Shown here piece by piece: positions 25,402 through 36,400 of a stretch of DNA of 64,000 nucleotides; the first letter of the stretch is position 1; every line of letters starts with the position of its first letter. A program made the translations under genes and the position numbers. Below the pieces are notes generated by a model. It worked only from the letters and a program-made list of their open reading frames with translations, did no database searches and had not been told where the DNA came from. The DNA comes from Takakia lepidozioides (Eukaryota; Plantae; Bryophyta): positions 49,662,001-49,726,000 of the forward strand of contig CM060731.1 of assembly GCA_030704615.1 (NCBI GenBank), given 5' to 3'.

Positions 25402-26911
25402 CTACAAGTTTCTATCCATCCTCCAGCAATTTTTGGGCTCAGGCCAATTGAATAGTCCCGTCATGAAACGCTTCACAACATTTTCTAGTTTGTACCGCAA
25501 CTCTACTGTGTCTACACACAAGTTTTCAAGAGCGGAAGCAAAACAAGTTCCAATAGACATATCGTTGAACAGGCTTGCATCGAACGTGTTACCCCCATTT
25601 ATTGCCTGGGCTATCTTCTCAATTGCAAAGGTCTCTGATGGCACAGTTAGAGGGGGCCTACGAGGTGTGCCATCTGACTGGTTGTTGGCTACATTATGAA
25701 CAATTGCAATTTTAGGTGCAATCCACCATCTATGTGTGAGAGTCTTTATCATCTTGTCTCTGCTCTCGAAAATGTATAACGTGGTTTTTGGGTCATCCGT
25801 CGTGGAGGCCATCCTCCAATCACATACCCCGATGTACACATCTTCAGACCCTTGTGGAAAATGCAACAAGATGTTGTTGGGGGACATGTCATTGTACAAG
25901 AGGTGGTGATTATGGACGTTGAATATGATGTGCAAAAGCGCCCATGCCAATTGGGTGCGATTCTATCGGAATCGAACCAGTCGGTTGACCTCCTGCATTT
26001 CCTGCTCCGTCTCCCGTCGTTCCATTAACTCCCTGTTATCCCGATCATTCCCCCATTTCCTGTCAATACTCAACCATGATCGTATGGTCCCCCCAGTCCA
26101 CCAATGTGTGTAATCTTCATTTCGACGTGGATGCAACGCAAAATACTTTATGATGCCGAAATGATGGAACTTTACAGCCAACGCCTCATTGTTATGTTGG
26201 ACATTGGCAAGTTCAGCATTTGTTTCCCTGGGCGTTTTTCCTGCTAGCTCCCAAGATGGAGGAATGAATTGATCCCCAACAATTCTAACCCTCCGAATTG
26301 TACCATACCCTCCCTGTTTGGGCGCGTCGAGTTGTTGTACATGTGCGTTTGTGGATATGTATCTCACATTCAATGCCGCATCCGCAGACGAGGACCCTGC
26401 CTTCCATGGGAGTGGTTTTGTATGTCGTTTGGCGTGGGCCTTTGCCATGTCAGACCACCAATCCACAAGCACAAACAACTCCTCCTCCGAAGTTGGCATT
26501 GCGACCTTCAGCTACAGGTGTTCTCGTAACAAACTTGTCCATGGTTTGCCTCAGATTCCATGTGGCATCATGGGCCCGGTCCTCCATCCATTTCGTGAAC
26601 TGGAACTTCGCCTTGTCCTCCTCCCATTCATCCCCGGCCAAAGCCTCCCTCATTCTCATCTCCATATTGTGTTGGAATCTAAGGAACCCCTCATTCCTAT
26701 GTCGGACATACAAAAAATTCCAACGCATTATGTCATTGTCATTCAAATAATCCAGCACTACTTGCTTCACCACCTTCGCGGCCTCTACGCTTGGATAGTC
26801 TTTTTTTGTTGACCTGACTATCCCGTTCCTGTGCATGTTTACGCTTCCTACCTTACGCCCACTTCCCGAGGAACCCTTTAACACTGTGTTCGAAGCAACG
26901 TTTCTGGACAT
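25402..26911 (-). pseudogene. Intronless protein kinase-like gene with N-terminal helical domain; frameshift (~26500) and in-frame stop (~25963)
   Basis: G-loop QGGYGTI, LAGK, NNEAL, catalytic LLYNDMSPNNILLH, CDWR (DFG position), WWIAPK (APE position). Confidence 0.8.
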
Positions 26912-27289
26912 GATGAAAGTACTCTGCGGAATAGACGCGGCTTCGTAACGGAAAACTAAACCCAAACTATTGATAACCTTATATACTAGCAGACCAATTT
27001 CCTCACCCTCTATTGGTATAGTACCCAAAGCAAACTCTCCCGCAGCCCTAGGAAAAATGCAAAAACTCCTCCCCCACCCAAATCCACTTTCTCCCCCCCC
27101 CATGCTCAGTCCTGGCCACTGAAGTTCAAACTCCAAGAAGCCCCAGAACCGCACTCACAGAGAAGGAAAAAAGTGGGTTGGGAATGAGGGGTAGACCCTT
27201 ATATACTGCCTGGAGAGGCCTGGCGTGCGACCGCCTCTGCTGCCCATTCACGCTCGTGTCCAGGGAGCGGTTGCATCTAATAACAAAAA

Positions 27290-27690
27290 TAAATAAATCT
27301 GCGACCACCACCGGCTGGTGGTCGCACCCATTTAAAAAATAATTAAAAATGTGTGACCATCCCCTGCTGGTGGTCGCACCCATTTAAAAAATAATTAAAA
27401 ATGTGCGACCATCCCCTGCTGGTGGTCGCACCTATTTAAAAAAATGAAAAAGTTGCGACCACCACCTGCTGGTAGTCGCACCCAATTTAATAAAAAGAAA
27501 AAATGTGCAACCACCCTCTGCTTGTGGTCGCACCTATTAAAAAAAATGAAAATGTTGCGACCACCACCTGCTGGTGGTTGCACCCATTTAAAAAATAAGA
27601 AAAAATGTGCGACCACCCCCTTCTGGTGGTCGCACCTATTTAAAAAAAATAAAAATTTGTCCGGCCAACCTTTGCTGACGGTCGCATGAT
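27290..27690. repeat. Right subterminal array, 7-8 hairpin units, inverted relative to the left array
   Basis: TGCGACCACC...CTGGTGGTCGCACCTATTTAAAA with A-rich linkers. Confidence 0.92.
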
Positions 27691-29302
27691 TGACAATATA
27701 AATCATAATATATGAATTTTATAAATAATTAATGAAGTCAACGTAATGAGGCCACATCGGTTGCCACGTCGGTTCTAATAGTAAATAGTAAATAGTAAAG
27801 TAAAAAAATAAACATATTTATGTACAGTAACGTCGGTTTAGGACGTGACGTGACGCTGACGCGTCAACGCCACGTCACATCCAAATTTGCAACTAGGAGA
27901 GATGCACATCAAACAAGGCTGGTGTAATCTGAAAAATGGAAAAGGGATGCTAGTAGCTAGTTGCAAACTAGAACATGATCTCTATAGATTGGGGACTGCC
28001 ATCCAATTCAGGCTAGGATGAATCAATTACATACTAACTCTATGGTAAAAGGGTTAGAAGTAATTGATATTAAGAAACTAACCTCATGCAAAGCTTGTAT
28101 CTCTGGGAAGCAACGTAAGGAAAAATTTCGTAGAAGGTGGAGCACGAGCAACTGAACTGCTAAGGTTAGTCCACTCTGATATTTGTGCTCCTATGCAAAC
28201 AACCACTCACAACGGTTATAGATATTTTCTAACATTGATTGATGACTTCTCTAGGTATACAGTAGTGTATTTACTGAGAAATAAATCAGAGGCCTTCGAG
28301 AAGTTTAGACAATATAAACTAATGGTAGAAAATTAGTTAAGTAAGAGAATCAAAATGCTAAGGACTGATGGGGGTGGAGATTATATGTCCACAGAGTTTA
28401 ATATATTCTGCCAAGAACACGGTACTAAAAGACAGTTTACCGTAGCTTATACACCTCAACAAAACGGTGTCTGAGAGAGGAAGAATAGAACCTTAATGGG
28501 CTCAGTCTTGGCAATGTTACATCACTCTGGTTTAAGTAACTCATACTGGGGAGAGGCTTTGATGACAGCAAATTATCTATAGACAGATCACCTACAAAAG
28601 CATTAAAAGAACACAAAACACCTATAGAAGTATGGACAAGGGTTAAACCTAATCTCTCTCACTTAAGGGTATTTGGGTATAAAGCTTTTGTATTAGTCCA
28701 AAAGGATAATAGGCATAAATTAGATACACACACAATAAAGTGTATTTTCTTGGGCTACAGTGATGAAACAAAAAGATATAGATTAGTATCAAAGGCTAAT
28801 AGAAAGATAATAATCTCGAGAGATGTGGTGTTTAAAGAAACTAGTCGTGAGACAGTGGGAGAAGATAAAGAAGAGGAAGATCCATCAATGATAGAGGAGC
28901 TACTCTTGAACCCATCTTTCTTTAAACAATACCCAAACAATGGTCAAGTGTATAAAATCCCACAAAGAAACACACAAATTTCATTAGCACAACCTTAGAT
29001 ATTATCACAACCAGTAGTCGAGTTGTGGGAGCAACACCTACAACACCAACCATGAGTTCAGGTTTGAGTAATAGACATTCACAACCTCCTTATGGACAAA
29101 TAGAGGAAATAATAAGAGCACTTACTCCTTCAAGGGGACAAGATAGTTCACCATTAAGTGCACAAGATCTTAGACATAGATCCCACACACCTGTGCCGGA
29201 GAGACCTATAAGGAATAGAAAGAAACATGATAGGCTCATAGAGACAATAGAAGGAAGAAAACCTTGGAAAGCACTCCGATCACAAACAACTATCAAAGAA
29301 CT

Positions 29303-32300
29303 TAGAGAGAAGACTCCGGCTGAGGCCGGCGTAACTAAGAGCCACTTCACCTTGCGGCTACTGCCCCCTTTCGGGGGTGGACCCTATAACAAAAAAGTGT
29401 CCAGGGGGACACCAAGTGACCGCTAAGAATAGAGGGGGCGAGGGTACCCCTAGGTACCCAGGGGTATCCTGGGGGACCTAAGGTGCGTTTGAAGTGCCGG
29501 ATTTTAGTTGGCGTTTGTTGGTGATAATAGCTGTGAGTGAACGGAGTGCCGTGAGATGGATTTCTTTGAAACATTTGTGGATGGGAAGAATGGGAATTTG
29601 GAAGTTATTGTGTATGTCCGTGATACTGGCGTTATGAATGCCACCTCGAGTGTCGGCTGTGATGACGGTTAACGGGCCGGTTTTCCAGCCACACCTTCGG
29701 AGTGCAAGGATAAGCGGGGCATATTTTTGACGTTTTTCTAAGATTGAATCGTTTGGATAACGATCATGGCAAAATGTGAATTCAATGAAATAGATGGTGA
29801 GTTGTGGGGATGGTGCGGTGGGGGGTAAAATGTTGATAGGTAGACCTTGGACAAGGAGTATGTCCGGGCAAAGTTGAGCGGGGCACGAGCATGGTGATCG
29901 GGTATATATGCATGGTAGTAGACATGGTGGTACTGTGTGGTCGGGTGTCCGTCCCTGGTAGGTGTCTGCATTCATGAGCGAGAACCAACTGGTTTCAGCA
30001 CGTTTTAGAAAGAGCTTATGGAGGTGCTATACTGCCTGGTTATGACGCGTGATATACAAGCCATGTATAACTGGGTGTGTACATTAATGGCTGAGGAGAT
30101 GTGGCCAAGTGTCACGAGCTTGGTGGGTGGTTGCACATAACGGGCAGTATGGGGATGGGAACAGATGTGGCCAGAAGATGTGTTTGCGCTGGTTTCCCAT
30201 GTATTGGGCATATCGGAATTTGAGTGTTTGTCGGATTTGTGCGTCGGTGGTGGCTTTGGTTAGCCAGAAATGATTGGAGAGTTTATGGTGCAGAACATTG
30301 GATGGAGTCCATTTTTGGATGTGTACTTTGGTATGGCTGATGGAGGTTGCCGCTTGTTTATTTGCTTCTCTGGTCAGAATGGTCAGGAGGTTTCGGACTG
30401 GTTTGGATACAGGGGGGTCCGGAACGGGGTGTATGAACCAGAAGGGATGGGTGTGGGTGATGTGAATAGGGTCGATCGAGGGTTCAACTATGGGTTGGGA
30501 GGCGTCGAGTTGGGCAAGTAGGTCTGCTTCTTCATTACCATGGATGCCAGTATGCGAACGGACTTTGAGTATATGGACTGGGTGGCCTAGGGAGATGGCC
30601 CTCTAGACAATAGCGGCAATGAGGTTGCGGTCGGGGTGATGATGATGGGCAGAGGGTGGGAGATGTGGTTGCGAATGAGGAATAGTGAGGTAAGGCTGTC
30701 GGTGAAGATGTAGTGTGGGGGGGGAGGTGTCAAGTAGAGAGAGGGCGTCATAAATGGCCATGAGCTCAGCCCGGAGGATGGTGGCAGGGCCAGGGAGCCT
30801 TTGAAGAGCTTCGTGAGAAGGAGAACCAGGTGGAGGGTGGGCAAGGCCCCGGCCTTCCCAGGTGTGCTGGGTGGTAGTACCAGTGGCTCCAAAGATACAG
30901 TCTTTGTGGTGCGGGCAGTGCCATAGGGCATGTCAGTGGGTTGGAGTAATATGAGTGAGTAAGCTGGAATGTGTTGATAAGTAAGGAGAGAATATCTTGG
31001 GGTATAGTATGGTGCGCACATGCTGTTTCCAATTGAGTGAGGGACTGCGGTTTCTTGGGGGGAGTGTCTTTGAGGTAGCGATCAACCAGCCAATATAGTT
31101 CGGTAGCAAAGTCTTGTTTCGGGGGTTGTAGCGATTGTGGGGATGAGGTAGTAGTAGAGTATTTCTCCCAGAGCCACGTTAGTCTTGTATTGGGGATGAG
31201 GCCAATGAAACGGCCATGTTGAGCGTAAATGTTGGAAAGGCGGGGACCCATGTGGATTAGAGGTTGATCATGCTTGATATCTTTGTCATGATTACATTCA
31301 GTTATGTAGATGTGCATGTTGGGGGCATAGAGTGGTTGGTGTATATATCTGTTATCTGTAGGTTGGGCGGGAGTGGTGTATTGTTGGTGCATGTGTGCTA
31401 GATAGTTAGTGTTGGTTTGTTTATGGAAGGTGGTGAGGAGGGCAAGATTGTGTTCGGGGTTGCAATCGTCATGTAGGCCGAAGAGGTCATCTTCTATCTG
31501 CCATGTGTTGTCTGCGAAAGAGTACCTAGCCCATTGACAGTGATAGTATGTATCAGGTGGCGCAAAAGGCATCAATGGACGTTGGGTTTTAACTCCTAGT
31601 ATAGCTTCAATGATGTAAGCATTGTTATTGTCGTCGTATTGTGGTGAAGATGGGGGGGATGGTGCGGTGGTTAGGGGGGTGTGGGATCCTTGTCTAGTAG
31701 GTGAGGGATTGGATGGCGTATGCAAGTGGCGGATAGGTTCAGGGTGTTGTGTGTTAGTTACTTGAGAGGGGAAATCAAATTCTATGTCTGTTTGGGTATT
31801 GGTGGCATATGCCATTTTGAATGTTTGGTAGATGGAGGTAGTAGGGGTAGAACGGTACTGGGGGAGCAGGTCTTGAGCCGTATGCGGATAGTAGAGGCAT
31901 GGGAGGTCACATTGTAGAGTGCAGGCGGTCGAGGAATGACAGAAGAGGGTACGAAGATGATGTAGGTAGCGATTGGTTTTGGTCGTGGCTCGGGAGAATT
32001 TAAGAGTGAATTCGCTAGGTTTTAAAAGTCTATGGTCAGTGGCGGTAGTAGTTGGGTGAGGGTGGTGATGTGTCGTTCTTTGAAATATGTGAGGATGGGG
32101 ACCTTTGTTTGGGATAAGAAATGTCAAATTGTGGTAGAGAAGGGCTTGTAAGCCATGCGCGTTCTAAGGGTGATGAGGTGTTAGGATAGTCAGGCAGATC
32201 ATGAGTTTGTATGCTAATTTTCATTTAGCACAGGATAAGTAGTGTGCGTGCAGTGGGGGAGTGTAGGCAGGCTTGTGGGTGCAGGGATGATAATGAGTAT

Positions 32301-33402
32301 AAGCCATTGTATTTAGATGCAAGGTATTTGAGAAGTCCCTGATAAATGATACCTAGACGCCCAGGATCGTTGAGTGCTTCTTTTAATTAGGTGCCCAATG
32401 TGCGAGCATATGAGATGATTAATGGGCTCGAACCAATGTTGTAGTGGTCCGTAGGTAGTTGTGTGAGGGCATTGGGGGTGCTAGTTGGTAGACCACATAC
32501 ACGTTTTGTTAGCTGGATAATATTTTTATCAAGTTTTTTTATGTCTGATAAGGAGAATGGTGCGGTGTGGAACAAGTATTGAATTTGTGTTTGTAGTACT
32601 GATTGAATGATTGATAGTTTTGGTCGAATGACAATTGGGGATTTGAGCAGAGCAATACTTTTGGTAGTGAGTTTGGATGATGTAGATTCTTTTTGGATAT
32701 GCCAAGTAAGGGAGGGAACGAGTTGTATGCCTAAGTAAGTGTATGGCTCGTCTGGTCCTAGGAAGAGGAAGGGTGTGTTTTGGTAGTGTACATAGAGTTT
32801 ACAATGTGAGGCTATGGCAGTTTTGGTGAGCCGACTATGATGTGTGGTGGCTGTGATGACGCACTTGTGTAAGCTGAGTTCCATGCCTGACCATAGGTTG
32901 AATCTGAGTAGTTTATTAACTTGTCGGTTGAGGTGTTGTGGTTTATGTGCCAGGATGGCTAGGTCATTTGCATATGCTGCAGCTGAGATGTCACTTGAGG
33001 AGGTTTTGTAGTGATAGCCAAGCTTGCCTCGAGCTAGCCATCGAAGTAGGGGTTCTAGGAAGATAATGAATAGGTAGGGGCTTAAGGTGTCACCCTGGAT
33101 AGTTCCTCGAAGGATGGGGATAGGCGGGGTGGAGCCATAGTATGTGCCAAAGTATTCAGTAGTGTTGTTTGTGTAGATGTTTCCTATTAGTTGGACGGCA
33201 TCGGTGGGGTACCCAAGATCAAGCATGATAGCAAGTAATTTGGCATGGTCTAGGGAGCCGAAGACATTTTTAAAATCGATATATAGAAGATGGATGTCTT
33301 GCTTTGTAAGTTTAGCATCTTCAAGTGCGGAGAAAACATATTGTATTTGTCGTGTTGTACTACGTGTAGCTCGGAATCCTTCTTGGGGGTCACTGAGAAT
33401 TT
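29303..33402 (-). mobile_element. 5'-truncated RLE-type non-LTR retrotransposon (Dualen/RandI-like): RT, chromodomain, adenine-MTase-like, RNase H, CCHC, restriction-like endonuclease
   Basis: RT ILSDPQEGFR, YIDFKNVF, GTIQGDTLSPYLF, AYANDL, YLGI; chromo YIIEAIL...YYHCQW...NTWQIEDDL; RNase H RAELMAI, FTDSL, KVRSHTGIHGNEEAD; CPLC...DTWPHLL..C...RHNQAV; PDILL...IEFTFC...KRQKY. Confidence 0.85.
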
Positions 33403-36400
33403 GCCTCCGCCATGCTACCCTCCGGGTGTGCCATTTGTCTTACATGTGCTTTCAAAGTCTTCATGTATCGCTCAAGGTAGTACATCCATCGAGAATGAAC
33501 AGGGCCGGCAATCGAAGCCTCTTCCACTAAGTGCACTACCAAGTGCACTTGGATGTCAAAGAAGAAGGGAAGAAGGTGCATCTCCAACATACACATGACC
33601 ACCGCCGCTTCCTTCTTCATGCGTGGAAAGTCCGCTTCCTCCAGCTCTTTGGAGCAAATCCACCGGAACAATGCTCCCAATCTATAGACTGTCTCGCGAA
33701 CCTCGGGAGTCAATGTCCCATGTACTGTAATAGGCAAGATGTCTTGCAATAGATTGTGGTAGTCATGAGACTTCAAACCATGGACCCCGTCTTCGTTGAC
33801 TTCATACGGAGGGATGACCCATAACCAGTTGGTGTTCAGACAGCTCCTATGGTGGCTATCACTTTCTTGTATTCCTCATTTGTTTATTGTCAAGGTGCAC
33901 GCCTATATTTCCACCGTATAACACCCTTTGGGTCCACACCATTTTCTTCGGCCCATAGATGGGGCATGCGACCTTGCTCCTCAAGTTCCTTTCTAACACC
34001 GAGAGAATCTCCTTTCGCAGCCACTCCCTTCTTTGTCGGCGTGCCATGAAGAACACGAAAAAGGGACGAGCAAACATTCTTCTCAATATGCATGGGATCT
34101 AGAAGATGACAAATCTTCACGTCCTACACATATCCCCACCCACAAATTCTTACACGTCTATTTTGTCGTGAAAATGACAATGGAAATCATACAAAACATG
34201 CAATATCACATGCATGCATAGCAATATTGATGGTGTTTTTGTGGAATATGTACCGCCCAATATGACAACTCGTAGAAGATTGAAAGTCGTTTCATGCCGG
34301 GCACCTCCACTTCACCGGACCCCTCCAGATGGGCCTCCTTCCATCGGTCTTCCCAAAAGTACTTGGATGGTGTCACAGGTGGGGGACGTAACTCCACTTT
34401 GCCATCAAACAAGTGTTTGTCTCTTCTTCTCCAATGATGGCTCATAGGAAGAAACTTGCGGTAGTTGGGATACACCATCTTGCGAAAATTGATGGAGCTT
34501 TGTGCATCAAGTTGATCGCCACAATGCAGGCATCCGTGGTACCCTTTAGTGCTCAACCCCGAGCAAACAGTAATAAGTCCTAGCCAAAAAGATCTCCTTT
34601 TTTGGGGTACATGCCTGGAATACCATGTTAAGCCAAGTTTAGCATGAGATTTAGGGTACGTGTCCAGGAAGCCATGCGTCGCCAGCCCCGAATAATAACC
34701 GACGGCCGTCGACATTTATTGCCCAACTGCGCAATTAAATGTCGGATGAAGCCCTCCATGTCGGATGAAAATCGACGGTAAACAGTTCCGGAATTTCCAA
34801 CGTAGAGGTAATTCGGAGCGCTGCACGATGGAATTCCGGAGCCGTTCCGCCACATTAGGAAAGACAAAAAATTGCCATGTGCATCTACCCCACTACGGTG
34901 CAGAAGACTGACGCCGCTACTTCAATGAATCCCAATCCTCATCAATATCCCTTGACAGGTAAATGTACACGGGTTTCTCATGGGGAACATAATATACCTG
35001 GATAATCATGCATTGTCCAAAGCAAGATGCTTCTCATCTGAAAAGATTGTCCGGCCATAGGGTCAAGTGAAGCATCCAATGCCGGGACCCCCCTCCATAG
35101 CTCCATCAGTTCATCAACTAAAGGTCGCAAATACGTGTCCATGTCTTTCACTTGTTTTTTCGCTATGAGACATTCACACCATTAATTGTTTCAATGCTCC
35201 ACCATGCTAATTATACTTCATAATGAATGACACATCTTACTACATGATTACGTCACTCATCAATCTTCCATCGGAATTGCGCCAAAGAGAAGAAGATTAA
35301 TGTAAAATCCAAAGTAATAATAAGCATGAAATGAGAACACTCACCCGGCAGCCAACATGATATGGCCTTTTTTTATTGAAAGATACGGAGGGATGTTGTA
35401 ATTCACCATGGTCACCGGCCAAGTGGAATGACTACATGACTGGACAGAGAATGGATTGACCCATCCGAGGAGAAGCCGAGGCGAACATGTCGTGGGTCCT
35501 CCAAGAGAAAAGGCACATCTCTTTCAGTATACCTCCATGCTTGTGAATCTTGTGGCCCGCACACCTTTCCCGGGGGACTCCGATGCGAGGCGTGCCATCT
35601 CATCAGTTCTGCCAATGAGGGGCTTCGGTAATGTGCGTGTAGTCGCGGGGTGATTGGAAAGTAGTGCATTTTCTGGCACCATCCCCATGTCGGCCCCATA
35701 TTATAATCAGTGTCATTCATATCTCTAAGTAAAACCTTTATGTTGTAGCGTTGCAAAAAGGTAGAATGCAATATACAAGTGTATTGTGGCGCGGGTATCC
35801 CTTGCGTGGGGCTTCTTCCCTTGAACATCATCCCGATATCGGTCTTTGTTGCACTTGGACACTTGGTGAGTTTTCTCATCCTCTCCGTAGTACAGGGTTT
35901 TATCACATGGACATGCATGAAAAATCTTATAGCCCATCCCCACAGCATCCAAGGCTACTCTTGCCTCTTTTCTTGATCGTGGCATTCTCGGTTTCAAATG
36001 TGGGGCAAGGATGTAGTCCGCAGTAGTCCGCATTATGGTGGACATACCCACATTGCTTATGCCAAACCGGATTTGCAAATTCAGCAACAACAAGATGGTT
36101 GAAAGTTACTCACTTTGGCCCCTTCGTATAAGGGAGTTTTGGCTTCTTTTTCCATGTCATTCAAAGAGTCTATGTCCTCATCTACCATCTGATGCATTAA
36201 GAGGTCCTCCATTGCTGCCACATCCTCATGCATAATTCCATTGTCATTGTTGTCCTCATCATCGGAGACCGCCATTTCAGACGGGGTCGGGTCCCTTTGA
36301 TTCCGAAGGAACAAAATCCCGGTTCATGACAAGATCATGAACTTCATGAATTAACGTGTGGGGTGTGGCCGGCATCCTAAGATGCCAAAAACAACCATGT

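Larger units (their letters stand above)
14762..27897. mobile_element. 13-kb hAT-type composite DNA element with hairpin-array subterminal repeats, transposase remnant and kinase cargo
   Basis: Interrupts Copia GGEM|HIKQ. Imperfect TSD AGAAATGC (14754-14761)/AGAGATGC (27898-27905); the duplication could be read as 8-10 bp. Ends CAGGGTTGCA/TGCAACTAGG, GACGTGACG-rich termini and mirrored arrays. Confidence 0.8.

Noticed and set aside
29301-29395. Hammerhead or twister ribozyme
   Set aside because: No CUGANGA/GAAA core or twister consensus was found on either strand; kept only as a structured 3' end.
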